Positions 30,216 to 41,283 of a stretch of 64,000 nt of DNA are shown here, piece by piece. The translations under genes and the position numbers were made by a program. The notes beneath the pieces are model-generated. The model had not been told where the DNA came from, searched no databases, and saw only the letters and a list, made by a program, of their open reading frames with translations. Numbering within the stretch: position 1 is the stretch's first letter; each line of letters starts with the position of its first letter. This DNA is from Gammaproteobacteria bacterium. GTDB taxonomy: Bacteria > Pseudomonadota > Gammaproteobacteria > UBA4575. The stretch spans positions 448,001 to 512,000 of the forward strand of contig CBDCUI010000007.1 in NCBI GenBank assembly GCA_965222615.1. The letters run 5' to 3'.

Positions 30216-31058
30216 TTATCCGTAACGACCTGTGATGTAATCTTCTGTTTGCTTTTCAGATGGATTAGTAAATAACTGATCCGTTGCACCAAATTCAATA
30301 AGCTCACCTAGATATAAAAATGCTGTGTAATCAGATACACGAGCTGCTTGTTGCATATTATGTGTAACAATCACAACTGTGTAGTTCTCTTTCAATTGAA
30401 TAATGAGTTCTTCAATTTTTAATGTAGAAATGGGATCTAGTGCTGAAGCCGGCTCATCCAATAAAATTACTTCGGGTTGAATCGCAATAGCACGTGCGAT
30501 TACTAAACGTTGTTGCTGCCCACCAGATAACCCCAAGGCATTATCTTGTAAGCGGTCTTTTACTTCATCCCAAAGTGCCGCACCTTTTAGCGCCCATTCT
30601 ACACGCTCATCCAACACTCGTTTCTTATTTAAGCCTTGTAAGCGCAAACCATACGCAACGTTTTCATATACGGTTTTAGGGAAAGGATTAGGCTTTTGAA
30701 AAACCATACCAACTTTGCGTCTTAGCTCAGCAACATTCACAGACTTTTTATTAATATCTTCACCATGTAAAAACATATAGCCTTCTAGCCTCACTATATC
30801 AATCAAATCATTCATACGGTTCATACATCGCAATAATGTAGACTTGCCACAGCCACTTGGACCAATAAATGCGGTTACACGCTTCTCTGGTATAATTAGA
30901 TTGATATTCTTTAGCGCCTGGTTAGAACCATAAAACAGTCCAAACTCCCTGCACTCAAAACATGCAGTTTCATTTTCGATATTTTGACTCTCTCGATTGA
31001 GCAACACATCTTGTGAAATTGTCGGTGCAACCATAGTCATTTTTTCCTTATCTCCCAC
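30216..31058 (-). CDS. pstB: Phosphate ABC transporter ATPase
   Basis: [25 protein letters not shown] and [10 protein letters not shown] motifs. Confidence 0.97.
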   Translation of the reverse strand: MGDKEKMTMVAPTISQDVLLNRESQNIENETACFECREFGLFYGSNQALKNINLIIPEKRVTAFIGPSGCGKSTLLRCMNRMNDLIDIVRLEGYMFLHGEDINKKSVNVAELRRKVGMVFQKPNPFPKTVYENVAYGLRLQGLNKKRVLDERVEWALKGAALWDEVKDRLQDNALGLSGGQQQRLVIARAIAIQPEVILLDEPASALDPISTLKIEELIIQLKENYTVVIVTHNMQQAARVSDYTAFLYLGELIEFGATDQLFTNPSEKQTEDYITGRYG

Positions 31059-31114
31059 AGAGCCTTACATAATTAATATACATTCGCAATCTCAAACTAT
31101 TGAATTACATACAT

Positions 31115-31245
31115 GGGGTTCTGATTTAGTAATGTAACAACTGAGACGTGGCAAAAATATCGAGATGAGTAATGTATATGTTTTTCTACATGAGCAAAAT
31201 CGAGGTCATTTTTTTACAACGTATCAGAATAAATCAGAACCTCCC
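31115..31245. repeat. Intergenic palindromic element copy between pstA and pstB
   Basis: IR ggggttctgattta / taaatcagaacctcc; interior ctgagacgtggcaaaaat..tgtatatg..tacatgagca..cgag matches the reverse complement of copies 1 and 2. Confidence 0.8.
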
Positions 31246-32924
31246 TAGTTTTGTTCTAAGTCTTTATATTTCTCCCTTAAATGATTTCTTGTGTAGATTG
31301 CAGCCAGATTTAAAATAACGATTACAATTACTAATATAAGTGCTGTTGCATATACCAGTGGACGGGCCGCCTCTACATTAGGACTTTGAAAGCCCACATC
31401 ATATATATGAAACCCTAAATGCATAAATTTACGTTCTAAATGGATAAATGGTGCATTACCATCCAGTGGCAAAGAAGGTGCAAGTTTAACCACACCAACC
31501 AACATCAATGGCGCAACTTCACCAGCGGCACGTGCTATAGCAAGAATTAACCCGGTCATAATTGCCGGACTAGTCATCGGTAATATAGTTCGCCATAGAG
31601 TTTCGGCCTTAGTCGCACCTAACGCCAGTGAGCCTTCACGTATTGAACGCGGGATTCGTGACAAACCTTCTTCAGTAGCAACAATCACCACCGGCACTGT
31701 AAGTAAGGCCAATGTTAATGACGCCCAAAGCAACCCTCCAGAACCAAAGGTAGGTGCCGGCAACGCCTCAGAATAAAATAATTCATCAATGGTGCCACCG
31801 ACGACATATACAAAAAAACCAAGGCCAAATACTCCATATACAATGGAGGGTACGCCAGCAAGATTATTTACCGATATTCTAACAAGTTGTGTAAAGAAAC
31901 CTTGCTTAGCATATTCTCGCAGGTAAATCGCAGCAATGACACCAAATGGCATTACTACAACAGACATCAGCATAACAGTTAGTACAGTTCCAAATATTGC
32001 TGGGAAAATTCCACCTTCAGTATTTGCTTCTCTCGGATCATCTGTAATAAAACTCCAAAAGGTCTTAATATAAAAAATTACTTTTTCTCCCAAACTCATT
32101 GCATTAGGTCGATAGGCTTTAACCACATCAGCAAGTTTGATTTGAACATCTCTGCCGTCCATGATTTTAGCTGTGATACTGTCTGTTGATATTTCTTTAT
32201 AAAGAGTATTTAACTCACTCTTCAACTCTTCATAATTCGCGTTAAGTTCTGTGCGTCTATCTTCTATTTCTTGAAATCTTTCATTTTCAGTAACTCTATC
32301 TAATTCCAGTCTACGTTTTTTTAAACGTAATTTTTCAATATGGTAATTAATACGACCAATTTCTATTTTCTCTATATGTTCTATTCGCTCTCTTAAATCA
32401 GCAACTCTCTCAAGCCGTGTGTCTAATTCTCGCCACATAGCGGATTCATCTAAACTTAGGACTTCATTATTGCTTTTAATCTGTTGTAAGAACCCATAAA
32501 AGTTCCCCCATTGAGTTCGCTCGAGCACTAACACATCTTTAGGTTTATTTACCTTCAATTCATTCGGCGCAACGGTTAACATAAAATCGACACCAAGTGT
32601 GTCTCGATTGCCTACTTTAATAAGGCTCCGTTCGATAATGTCGTCGTCAGTTTTTATTTCAATCCCAGATTCAATAATTCTTTGTTTAAACACTTCCTCA
32701 GTTTCTACTCGCTCACCAATAATTCGGACTGTTTCATCATTATCAAGATACTCAATTTCATAAACGGTTTTGGGCCAAAAATGGCCTAAGCCACGAACAG
32801 CAATCAGTGCTAACAACCCTGCCACCATGATAATGCTTATCGTTACCGCCCCCGCATTTAACCAAATCCACGGTGTGCCTGATTTATAAAACGGATCTTT
32901 ATGAATTTTTTTGTGAGTTGACAT
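31245..32924 (-). CDS. pstA: Phosphate ABC transporter permease PstA (long form)
   Basis: PREANTEGGIFPAIFGT, NLAGVPSIVYG and EGSLALGATK motifs; the ATG at 32924 (MSTHK) is preferred over 33026. Confidence 0.95.
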   Translation of the reverse strand: MSTHKKIHKDPFYKSGTPWIWLNAGAVTISIIMVAGLLALIAVRGLGHFWPKTVYEIEYLDNDETVRIIGERVETEEVFKQRIIESGIEIKTDDDIIERSLIKVGNRDTLGVDFMLTVAPNELKVNKPKDVLVLERTQWGNFYGFLQQIKSNNEVLSLDESAMWRELDTRLERVADLRERIEHIEKIEIGRINYHIEKLRLKKRRLELDRVTENERFQEIEDRRTELNANYEELKSELNTLYKEISTDSITAKIMDGRDVQIKLADVVKAYRPNAMSLGEKVIFYIKTFWSFITDDPREANTEGGIFPAIFGTVLTVMLMSVVVMPFGVIAAIYLREYAKQGFFTQLVRISVNNLAGVPSIVYGVFGLGFFVYVVGGTIDELFYSEALPAPTFGSGGLLWASLTLALLTVPVVIVATEEGLSRIPRSIREGSLALGATKAETLWRTILPMTSPAIMTGLILAIARAAGEVAPLMLVGVVKLAPSLPLDGNAPFIHLERKFMHLGFHIYDVGFQSPNVEAARPLVYATALILVIVIVILNLAAIYTRNHLREKYKDLEQN

Positions 32925-32940
32925 TGTTTTTTCGTAAAAT

Positions 32941-35220
32941 TTAAAGCGAGCTATATTTTTCTCGCAGTCTTTGTCTAACGACTTCTGCAATAGTGTTAAA
33001 GAAAAAAGTAAAAATAAACAAAACAAGTGATGCTAGAAACAATACTCTAAAGTGTGTGCTATTGACTTCAGATTCTGGCAGCTCAACGGCAACATTTGCA
33101 GACAATGTGCGCATGCCTTCAAAAATACTGAAATCCATCACTGGTGTATTACCAGTAGCCATTAACACAATCATGGTTTCACCCACTGCACGGCCAAGTC
33201 CAATCATAGTGGCAGAAAATATACCTGGACTTGCTGACGGTAATACGACACGCACTAAGGTTTGCCAAGGGGTCGCACCAAGCGCTAAAGATCCTGAAGT
33301 TAAGTGTTTAGGCACACTAAAAACCGCATCTTCGGAAATAGAAAATATGATAGGTATTACTGCAAATCCCATCGTCAAACCGATAATTAAGGCATTGCGT
33401 TGGTCATAACCAATACCCATGGTATCGGTTAACCAAAGTCGCACGTTGCCATCAAAAAATACTTGCTCCAACCAAGGGCTAAGCGCCAAACTCAGCCAAG
33501 TGAAAAATAGTACAACTGGTAACAATAAAGCAGCTTGCCAACCATCTGAAATTTTATGGGTTATGGTTTCTGGTAATTGCCACCATAGATAACTTGCTGC
33601 AAACACACCCAGAGGCACTAACAACAAAGTTGTAAACACACCAGGAAGATTTAATTCAACGTAAGGCGCTAGCCACAAACCTGCTAAAAATCCCAATATT
33701 ACAGTGGGTAACGCAGCCATGATTTCAATAGAAGGTTTTACGACATTGCGCATTTTTGGGGCCATAAAATATGCTGTAAAAATAGCGCCACATATTGCTA
33801 AAGGCATGGCAAATAACATGGCATAAAATGCAGCCTTAAAAGTGCCAAAAGTTAAGGGTGTTAGACTAAACTTTGGTTCAAAGTCACTGGAGGCCGATGA
33901 AGATTGCCAAACGTAGTCGGGTTCCGGATAACTTTCATACCAAACCTTACCCCATATTGAACTCATTGAAGCTTCAGGATGTTCGCTATCAAGCTTCCAA
34001 ATGTGTAGTTGCCCGGTTACATCTTCTACAATTAGCTTGTCACTTCTTGGCGCAATCCCTAATCGCGTAAGAGAGTTGTCTGAAATATTTTCCGTTATTA
34101 AATGTCGTGAGGCCGTGGTATGAAAGATGGATATGTTTCCATCTTCATCCGTTGTAAGAAAGCCCTTACGCAACAGTTCACTCGTAATATTAGAAATTTT
34201 AGAAGTACCACTTTTAAAATTCCTAATTGCAGTTAAATGACGCGCACCGTCCTCACTGCGTACTAAAAACAATTGATGAACGTTACCATGATCGTCTGCT
34301 AACAATGATGATATGCCGCCAATTAAAAATTCAAAAGAGGTTGGGCGGTTGCCATCATCTAGTACTGAAACATCTTCTATGTGAACAGGTTCATCTTTAG
34401 TACGTATGTCATAAAATGATATGGCACCTTGTTCATTGAGTATGTATAACCACTCACGCTCTGGGGAAAGTAATGCCTTAAGTGGTTTATCGGTATATGG
34501 CAATATTACTTGGCTAGTCAGTTCTAAAGAAATATCATCTTCATCTAAAAATGAAGTTTCATTTTCAAAGTTAATTAACCTAGCACCACTTCCAGTGTAT
34601 ACAAAAAATGTTAAACCATCTTCATTATCACTGATGGCTAAGCTATGTAGTTCTTGTTCACCAATTTCTAGGTTCAGTGGTTCATCACCGTATGGATAGG
34701 TAATGCTGGGAATGATAGTTCGCCCGTCATTGCCATATTTCAATGCATATTCATGTCTAAAAATTAATACTCGTCCAGTATTGAGCCCTAATCCAATAAT
34801 ATTTTTTTCAGGATCTATATTTGCCCAGCTGGTTACTTGTACATCACTGTCTGCCAGCAGACTATTACTTTCGATTATTTGCCCAGTATCAATATAAAAG
34901 AATTGCGCCACACCTTTATTATCGAGGCGCATTGCAATTTCTGCTTGTTCCTCTATCGAATAGTGTAATGTTTCATCTGAACTAGCATTGCTTAGGGTAT
35001 AGCTGGCAATTTCGTGCAGACTTGCTCCCTTGAACAAAGGAAAAACTACTGCGAACAAAAATAAAAAAATAAGAATTATAGAAGCGATGACGGCAATACC
35101 ACCGGCCCCTACTAAATAACGAGCAAGAAAATCTTTTATAGAACGTCTGCGCCAAAGCGCGTGATCAAATACTAGCGGTTTTGGAACGATCAACTTAGAA
35201 GAGCCTGATTCTACCGACAT
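32941..35220 (-). CDS. pstC: Phosphate ABC transporter permease PstC (long form with large periplasmic domain)
   Basis: WGKVWYESYPEP..WQSSS, EPKFSL.PL.FGT and GRAVGETMIVLMATGN motifs. Confidence 0.93.
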   Translation of the reverse strand: MSVESGSSKLIVPKPLVFDHALWRRRSIKDFLARYLVGAGGIAVIASIILIFLFLFAVVFPLFKGASLHEIASYTLSNASSDETLHYSIEEQAEIAMRLDNKGVAQFFYIDTGQIIESNSLLADSDVQVTSWANIDPEKNIIGLGLNTGRVLIFRHEYALKYGNDGRTIIPSITYPYGDEPLNLEIGEQELHSLAISDNEDGLTFFVYTGSGARLINFENETSFLDEDDISLELTSQVILPYTDKPLKALLSPEREWLYILNEQGAISFYDIRTKDEPVHIEDVSVLDDGNRPTSFEFLIGGISSLLADDHGNVHQLFLVRSEDGARHLTAIRNFKSGTSKISNITSELLRKGFLTTDEDGNISIFHTTASRHLITENISDNSLTRLGIAPRSDKLIVEDVTGQLHIWKLDSEHPEASMSSIWGKVWYESYPEPDYVWQSSSASSDFEPKFSLTPLTFGTFKAAFYAMLFAMPLAICGAIFTAYFMAPKMRNVVKPSIEIMAALPTVILGFLAGLWLAPYVELNLPGVFTTLLLVPLGVFAASYLWWQLPETITHKISDGWQAALLLPVVLFFTWLSLALSPWLEQVFFDGNVRLWLTDTMGIGYDQRNALIIGLTMGFAVIPIIFSISEDAVFSVPKHLTSGSLALGATPWQTLVRVVLPSASPGIFSATMIGLGRAVGETMIVLMATGNTPVMDFSIFEGMRTLSANVAVELPESEVNSTHFRVLFLASLVLFIFTFFFNTIAEVVRQRLREKYSSL

Positions 35221-35251
35221 GTTTTATAAATTATAAAGTTAACTATTTATG

Positions 35252-35281
35252 AAAAAAAGGCTCTGGTTTTACAGAGCCTTT
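35252..35281 (-). terminator. Stem-loop or terminator between pstS and pstC
   Basis: aaaggctctg-gtttta-cagagccttt with an A-run on the plus strand. Confidence 0.75.
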
Positions 35282-35350
35282 GTAATCAAGCAAACCTAAC
35301 TATGGCCAGCAGACCCAACCTATATATAGGTTTTTGTTGTTATTTGCTGC

Positions 35351-36364
35351 TTACTTTGCAGCACTAACTTGCATTGTACTTTTCTCAAGCTCAACTGAAG
35401 CTAAAGCTTTATCTGCCACCTTTGAAGGCAACGGAATATATCCATCTTTAACTACTACCTTTTGTCCCTGAGTAGATAACACCATTTTGATGAATTCACT
35501 CTCTAGTGGCGATAAAGGTTTACCAGGTGCCTTGTTGACATAAACATATAAAAACCGCGCAAGTGGGTATTTACCAGAAATTGCATTTTCAGATGTTGCA
35601 GCAATTTTCTCTCCATCAGCTTTTTTGGATAGAGGTACTGCCTTTACACCTGAGGTTTTATAACCAATACCAGAATAACCAATGCCATTCAGTGATGAAG
35701 ATACAGACTGCACAACCGATGCAGATCCAGGTTGTTCATTCACGGTTGATTTGAAGTCGCCCTTACATAGTGCTTTTTTCTTGAAGTACCCGTACGTCCC
35801 GGATACAGAATTACGACCAAACAACTGAATATCACGTCTTACCCAATTTCCTTCTAGGCCGAGATCACCCCATGTGTCGAAGTCGTTATCTCCACCACAT
35901 TTGCGTGTGTTGGAAAATATTGCATCAACTTCTGCAATAGATAGACCAGTTATAGGGTTGTCTTTATGTACATAGACGGCCAATGCATCAATCGCAACAG
36001 GAATTGCGGTAGGTTTATAGCCAAATTTTTTCTCGAATGCAGCAAGCTCTTTATCTTTCATCTTGCGGCTCATCGGTCCTAGATTTGAGGTGCCTTCGGT
36101 AAGTGCAGGCGGTGCAGTAGAAGAACCCGCTGCTTGAATTTGAATATTAATATTTGGATAAAAACGTTTGTACTCTTCCGCCCAAAGTGTCATTAAATTT
36201 GCCAAGGTGTCCGAACCCACACTGGACAAGTTTCCGGAAACACCGCTGGTAGCCGTGTACTCACCCAGCTCCGCATCCACCTTTATATCTGCTGTAGCAA
36301 AGGTAGTAATGCTCAGTAATACTGTAGCAAATAGGAATTTAAATCTTCGAATCGAATTTTGCAT
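35351..36364 (-). CDS. pstS: Phosphate-binding periplasmic protein
   Basis: Signal peptide, [18 protein letters not shown] and [12 protein letters not shown] motifs. Confidence 0.96.
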   Translation of the reverse strand: MQNSIRRFKFLFATVLLSITTFATADIKVDAELGEYTATSGVSGNLSSVGSDTLANLMTLWAEEYKRFYPNINIQIQAAGSSTAPPALTEGTSNLGPMSRKMKDKELAAFEKKFGYKPTAIPVAIDALAVYVHKDNPITGLSIAEVDAIFSNTRKCGGDNDFDTWGDLGLEGNWVRRDIQLFGRNSVSGTYGYFKKKALCKGDFKSTVNEQPGSASVVQSVSSSLNGIGYSGIGYKTSGVKAVPLSKKADGEKIAATSENAISGKYPLARFLYVYVNKAPGKPLSPLESEFIKMVLSTQGQKVVVKDGYIPLPSKVADKALASVELEKSTMQVSAAK

Positions 36365-36421
36365 AAACCACTCCTCGTGATTGATTACTCATTGTTTCCA
36401 CATAAAATTTAAAATCCAAGT

Positions 36422-36461
36422 ATTACAAGCATATGGGTGAAATATTACAGTTTTATGAATC
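36422..36461 (-). promoter_or_regulatory. Pho box array upstream of pstS
   Basis: The minus strand reads GATTCAT-AAAA-CTGTAAT-ATTT-CACCCAT-ATGC-TTGTAAT: 11-bp period, matching the CTGTCAT-n4-CTGT(C/A)A(C/T) consensus. Confidence 0.75.
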
Positions 36462-36467
36462 TATAAC

Positions 36468-37793
36468 CTATTGATTTATATTGGTTTTCCCATTAAAAAC
36501 CAACCGCTTATTAGGAAAGCTACAACTAAACTTAGTACCTTGCCCCAATTTGCTGGTGATAGTTAATTGCCCTTCGTGGCGTTCAATTATATGTTTTACG
36601 ATTGACAGACCGAGACCGGTTCCACCTTTCTCACGTGAACGTCCTGCATCCACACGATAAAATCTCTCCGTCAACCTATCGATGTGTTCTGGTGCTATAC
36701 CTTCACCATTATCTTCAACTATAAACTCTGCAGACTCATCATCGGTAAGTCTCCAAATAGTATTAATAACTGTACCTGCACTAGTATGCTTAATGGCGTT
36801 ACTTATCAAATTAGATATTACACTGTGAATTTCTTGCAAATCACCTTTAAGCATGACATCAGTCTCTATCTGCAGTTTTATTTCGTGATTTGTAAACCAC
36901 ATAGAGAGCTTTGAATCCTCCACTACATCTGTGATTAGTGATGTCACAGGAATCGCATCAGTGTCTTTTGCAACTGCTGTTGTAGATTCAATACGCGATA
37001 ATGTAAGTAAATCTTCAACTAATTGCTTCATGCGCTTGGCTTGTGACTCTGCAGACTGCACTGCAGTTTTACATTCATCAGGAAGTTCTTGGTGTTCGGA
37101 CAAAGTCTCCAAATAACCAAGAATCACCGTTAAAGGAGTACGCAGCTCATGTGATGCGTTTGAAATAAAACTACGGCGCATTTCATAAATCCGTGCTGAT
37201 TGCGACATGTCCTGTGCAATCAATACCAATCTATCTTCACCAAACGAAAATATTCTAATACTTAATTCCGGTTCATTTGCAGCAAGTCCGCGAATTTCTA
37301 AAGGTTGGTCAAATTTTCCTGCAAAGAAAAAATCTGTAAAAGCTGGATCACGAATCAGTTGGGTAATTCTGTGACTGACATCAGTGACAGGATTAATTTG
37401 TAACAACTCACTGGCAGCATGATTTGAAGAAAGTATTTCTCCTGAAGCTGCCATCACTATTACTGCATCTGGCAATGCAGTAATCATTTCATTAAATTGA
37501 CTAACTAAATTTTCTAGTTCGTTTTGCTTAGCTTGATTATTTTTTTGCAAATCAACAATACTAGATACATGCTGATCAGCAATACCTAAATATTCTGGCG
37601 CATCATCAACTACTGCACCACCATCTAACCATTTTTTTAATGTAACAAGTTGTCTAGCAGTCCATAGACCATAGATAATAAGGCCAAAAATAAAGAAGAA
37701 AGGTAAGTACCCAGATATTAGGCCAAGTAAAACACATGGGACAAATACTATTAAGACTCGATTGAGTTCTGATAACCATGCAGTAGGTGACAT
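36468..37793 (-). CDS. phoR: Phosphate regulon sensor kinase
   Basis: PAS domain, SHELRTPLTV, NLISNAIKH and ERFYRVD..RSR..GGTGLGL motifs. Confidence 0.96.
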   Translation of the reverse strand: MSPTAWLSELNRVLIVFVPCVLLGLISGYLPFFFIFGLIIYGLWTARQLVTLKKWLDGGAVVDDAPEYLGIADQHVSSIVDLQKNNQAKQNELENLVSQFNEMITALPDAVIVMAASGEILSSNHAASELLQINPVTDVSHRITQLIRDPAFTDFFFAGKFDQPLEIRGLAANEPELSIRIFSFGEDRLVLIAQDMSQSARIYEMRRSFISNASHELRTPLTVILGYLETLSEHQELPDECKTAVQSAESQAKRMKQLVEDLLTLSRIESTTAVAKDTDAIPVTSLITDVVEDSKLSMWFTNHEIKLQIETDVMLKGDLQEIHSVISNLISNAIKHTSAGTVINTIWRLTDDESAEFIVEDNGEGIAPEHIDRLTERFYRVDAGRSREKGGTGLGLSIVKHIIERHEGQLTITSKLGQGTKFSCSFPNKRLVFNGKTNINQ

Positions 37794-37796
37794 TTA

Positions 37797-37934
37797 GGGT
37801 ATTTCTAAAAATAGTACTATTTTGTGAGAACAAGGATGCACCGCGTGCAGAACTAGAGTGTATATATAATACATGAGAATTCGGATATGTGGCAGACGTC
37901 ACTGTCGCAAAAAAGGAGATTTTTAGAAGTGCCC
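37797..37934. repeat. Related palindromic element between phoB and phoR
   Basis: IR gggtatttctaaaaat / atttttagaagtgccc; core gagtgtata..tacatgagaattcg. Confidence 0.7.
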
Positions 37935-37935
37935 G

Positions 37936-38625
37936 TTATGTTTTTGCTGAGAATCGATAACCATATCCACGTACAGTTTGAATCATTTGATCACAATCGA
38001 GTGGCTTGAGTAACTTTCTTAACCTAACGATATGCACATCGACAGTACGCTCTTCAACGTACATATTCCGGCCCCAAACATAATCTAACAACTGATTACG
38101 TGTATAGACTCGGTCCGGGTGGGTCATAAAGAACTCAAGTAGTCGAAATTCTGTTGGTCCCATGTTAATAGATTGGCCATCCACGTAGGCTCTGTGCGCA
38201 TCCAGATCTAATAATATTGGTCCGATATTGACTTCATTTTCGATCGAACCTGTACCCCTACGTAAAACGGCACGGATACGTGCAGAGAGTTCTTTAACTG
38301 AAAACGGTTTGGTAATGTAGTCGTCCGCTCCAGAATCAAGGCCATCAATTTTGTCACGTTCTTCAACTCGAGCAGTTAGCATAATCACAGGTATTTCTTG
38401 TAGGAGCTCTTTACGTTTCCATCTTCGAATCAACTCCAAACCACTGACATCCGGCAACATCCAATCCAATAAAATCAAGTCCGGTAAACGATTTGCGATT
38501 TGCAATTCTGCCGAATTGCCATCTTCTGCCTCATCTATAACATAACCTTCCTGGCCCAGGGCAAATGAAACCATCTCACGAATAGACTGTTCATCTTCGA
38601 CTAACAAGATTCGTTTAGTACTCAT
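37936..38625 (-). CDS. phoB: Phosphate regulon response regulator
   Basis: LDWMLP, GADDYITKPFS, GPTEFRLL and ERTVDVHI.RLRK motifs; the ATG at 38625 is preferred. Confidence 0.96.
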   Translation of the reverse strand: MSTKRILLVEDEQSIREMVSFALGQEGYVIDEAEDGNSAELQIANRLPDLILLDWMLPDVSGLELIRRWKRKELLQEIPVIMLTARVEERDKIDGLDSGADDYITKPFSVKELSARIRAVLRRGTGSIENEVNIGPILLDLDAHRAYVDGQSINMGPTEFRLLEFFMTHPDRVYTRNQLLDYVWGRNMYVEERTVDVHIVRLRKLLKPLDCDQMIQTVRGYGYRFSAKT

Positions 38626-38722
38626 AACTTGAGCTCGCAACTGCCATGATTCATCTGATATAAATTGATTTTGTATAATTGTAAACCCATAGAATAAAGA
38701 ATCTGCATTATTTTCGACTTTT

Positions 38723-38740
38723 ATTACAAAACGATTACAT
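38723..38740 (-). promoter_or_regulatory. Pho box upstream of phoBR
   Basis: Minus strand ATGTAAT-CGTT-TTGTAAT. Confidence 0.65.
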
Positions 38741-38837
38741 AATATTTAATTAACCAATTTGATACAGACTTGAATATCAGGTTCTAGCAGCCAAAAAGTA
38801 CGCATCATTCCAATTGCTCGTTTCATGAAACGACAAT

Positions 38838-38855
38838 TTGTAATGAAAATGTAAT
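38838..38855 (+). promoter_or_regulatory. Pho box upstream of the porin gene
   Basis: TTGTAAT-GAAA-ATGTAAT. Confidence 0.65.
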
Positions 38856-38955
38856 ATTCCATCCTTATTCTCTTAATGCATAACTAGCAAGATCCATACA
38901 AAATGGAATACAAATATTTTGAAATTTAGCAATTGAAAATAGGGAGACTTCTCTA

Positions 38956-40254
38956 GTGAAACACAATTTAATATTTATTAACTTAGTTAGCTTATCCTTA
39001 TCTCTCCTGGTTACCTCAACAGTATTTGCAGGAGCAGTAACTTCTGATGAAGAAATCACAATCAGCACAACTGGTGGTGGCATTAAGATCAAATCAGATA
39101 ATGGCAATACTTTCCAATTTAGTGGATTTATTCAATATGACTTTGACAATTACGATGGTCTTTATAATGCTGGTACAGCAAGTGCAAATGACATTGGAGA
39201 TTCAGCCAATGAATCCGAGTGGCGTAGAACACGCATTAAGGCCAAAGGGACACGTGGAAAAAACTGGGCTTATGATTTTACCATCGATATAGACGATGAC
39301 GCTGAAGAAGCTTCGGTTGATAGCGCATCCATTCGCTACAAAGGATTTAACAACTTAGAGCTAATACTCGGACGATTGAAAGCACCTTTTAGCTTGGAGG
39401 AGCTTACTAGCGACAAATGGGTATCCACGATTGAACGTGCAGCAATTTATGAAGTAGGCAACTTTCTAAGCGGTAAACCAGATTTTCAAGCAGCTGTTCA
39501 TGGGCATTGGAATAACTTTACCGGACAAATTCACTTTGTTGATGAAGGCGAAGAAGATGACGATTCAAGTGATGCATTTAGTATAGCGGCACGAATCGCT
39601 AACCGTTTTCTGTTAGGAGGTCAGGAAACAAAAACTCATTTTGCGCATTTGGGTGCGGCTTACGCCAGCCGTGATTTCGGCAACCAAGGCAGCTCCATGG
39701 ATTTTCGTAGTCGACTCGCCATACACACATTAGGTGATCGACCCACTGCAGGGAATGATGTGGTAGTAGAAGATGGGGATCAATTTGGTTTAGAGGGTGC
39801 TTATGTAAATGGTCCATTCTCATTACAGGGTGAATATTTAACAGCCGATTTTGATGGTGAGGCTGCTGGCCCTGATGTCGATGCAGATGGTTTTTACGTT
39901 TTAGCAACTTATACCCTAACGGGTGAGTCACGTGGTTACAAGTTTAGCACTAATAAATTTGATAAGATCAAACCACATAATAATTTAGGCACATGGGAAG
40001 TTATTGCAAAGTATGAAGATGGAGAAGTCGATATTGATAACAACCCATTAGGTGATGCTGAATACGATATCACAACGCTGGGTTTAAATTGGTATCCAAA
40101 CACTAACCTGCGTTTCTCACTTAACTATTTAATGACTGATACTGATAACTTCCAGTTTGGAGGAAGTGGCGGCGGATTAGGAAATCCTACACTTGAATCT
40201 TTAGGTGAAGATGATGGAGATGCAATTTCCTTCCGTGCTCAATATGCATTTTAG
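38956..40254 (+). CDS. OprO/OprP-family phosphate-selective porin
   Basis: Signal peptide, RR.RI, PFSLEELTS....IER, LTGESRGYK, LGLNWY and terminal Phe. Confidence 0.92.
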   Translation: MKHNLIFINLVSLSLSLLVTSTVFAGAVTSDEEITISTTGGGIKIKSDNGNTFQFSGFIQYDFDNYDGLYNAGTASANDIGDSANESEWRRTRIKAKGTRGKNWAYDFTIDIDDDAEEASVDSASIRYKGFNNLELILGRLKAPFSLEELTSDKWVSTIERAAIYEVGNFLSGKPDFQAAVHGHWNNFTGQIHFVDEGEEDDDSSDAFSIAARIANRFLLGGQETKTHFAHLGAAYASRDFGNQGSSMDFRSRLAIHTLGDRPTAGNDVVVEDGDQFGLEGAYVNGPFSLQGEYLTADFDGEAAGPDVDADGFYVLATYTLTGESRGYKFSTNKFDKIKPHNNLGTWEVIAKYEDGEVDIDNNPLGDAEYDITTLGLNWYPNTNLRFSLNYLMTDTDNFQFGGSGGGLGNPTLESLGEDDGDAISFRAQYAF

Positions 40255-40276
40255 ATAGAAATATTTAAAATATATT

Positions 40277-40305
40277 AAAAAGCCGCTTATTCAAGCAGCT
40301 TTTTT
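40277..40305. terminator. Bidirectional terminator between convergent genes
   Basis: aaaaagccgctt-attc-aagcagctttttt. Confidence 0.75.
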
Positions 40306-40317
40306 GTATCAGCATTA

Positions 40318-40788
40318 TTATTGGGGTTCTACCCGGAAGACTTGTTCTAATAATTTTTGATTTTTATAAAAAACATAAAAACGATATTCGCCAGATACGA
40401 GCTCATATTGCTGTGCAAACTCAAATGCCATCGTATGCCGATAGTCTAGTTGTGATGCCTCTTGCAAAATCTCTATTTTATCAATGTATTCACCTGTTTT
40501 AGGATTAATCATAGTCGGCACAAGATAAATTAAATGTAACGTAGGTTCGCCAATAAACCCAGCACGTGATAACCAATAACGAACACCAAATTTTGTGCCT
40601 AATTTTGCATGTACAATAGTTGTCTTCTCTAATTCACCATCGCTTGATATCGTGCGATCTCCTTCTTCATAATTTTCGGCACCGCGCGAAAAAATTCCAT
40701 ATTCAAAATCATAAATAACTCGTTTTTCATTTGCATAAACGTGTTGACAAAATAGAAGTAATAACAACAAATTTATTAATATTTTCAT
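40318..40788 (-). CDS. Exported DUF3859-like protein
   Basis: Signal peptide; EYGIF, TT.V.AKLG.KFG.RY and ELV.GEYRF..F.V patterns. Confidence 0.7.
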   Translation of the reverse strand: MKILINLLLLLLFCQHVYANEKRVIYDFEYGIFSRGAENYEEGDRTISSDGELEKTTIVHAKLGTKFGVRYWLSRAGFIGEPTLHLIYLVPTMINPKTGEYIDKIEILQEASQLDYRHTMAFEFAQQYELVSGEYRFYVFYKNQKLLEQVFRVEPQ

Positions 40789-40853
40789 TTTTGTATTTCT
40801 CTTACAGTTACCACATGAATTAACATGTTACAATTTACATTTACTAATATTTT

Positions 40854-40871
40854 ATTACAAAAACATTACAC
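40854..40871 (-). promoter_or_regulatory. Pho box-like site between the DUF3859 gene and dgkA
   Basis: Minus strand GTGTAAT-GTTT-TTGTAAT, the same variant as the phoB and porin boxes. Confidence 0.55.
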
Positions 40872-40889
40872 AATTATTAAATACTGACA

Positions 40890-41264
40890 ATGGGGAATAC
40901 ACAAACAAAAGGCTTCAAACGTATTTATAATGCATTTTTCTACTCCATGGCAGGACTTGTTTCTGCTTGGAGAAATGAAGCTGCTTTTAGACAAGAAGTT
41001 ATTTTATCTATAATTTTATTTCCGACAGCGTTTTGGTTAGGGGAAAATGCACTGCAAATTGGCATATTGATAATTCCCATATTCATCGTGTTAATTACAG
41101 AATTATTAAATTCTAGTGTAGAAGCAGCCATTGATCGCATTAGTGATGAAAGACATGAACTTTCAAAACTGGCCAAAGATATTGGATCGGCTGCAGTTTT
41201 TGTTAGCTTAGTTACCCTAACATTAATTTGGGGTTTAGTGCTTTATGAAAGGTTCTTTTTGTAA
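40890..41264 (+). CDS. dgkA: Diacylglycerol kinase
   Basis: YSMAGL..AW.NEAAFRQE, ELLNS.VEA.IDR and AKDIGSAAV motifs. Confidence 0.96.
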   Translation: MGNTQTKGFKRIYNAFFYSMAGLVSAWRNEAAFRQEVILSIILFPTAFWLGENALQIGILIIPIFIVLITELLNSSVEAAIDRISDERHELSKLAKDIGSAAVFVSLVTLTLIWGLVLYERFFL

Positions 41265-41283
41265 TAAGCATCCTTCCGGTACC

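Noticed and set aside
32925-33026. N-terminal extensions of pstA (and of hemX, phoB and the third mnhD) in the ORF track
   Set aside because: They use upstream TTG/GTG codons, mostly overlapping neighbouring genes; downstream ATGs give family-typical N-termini.
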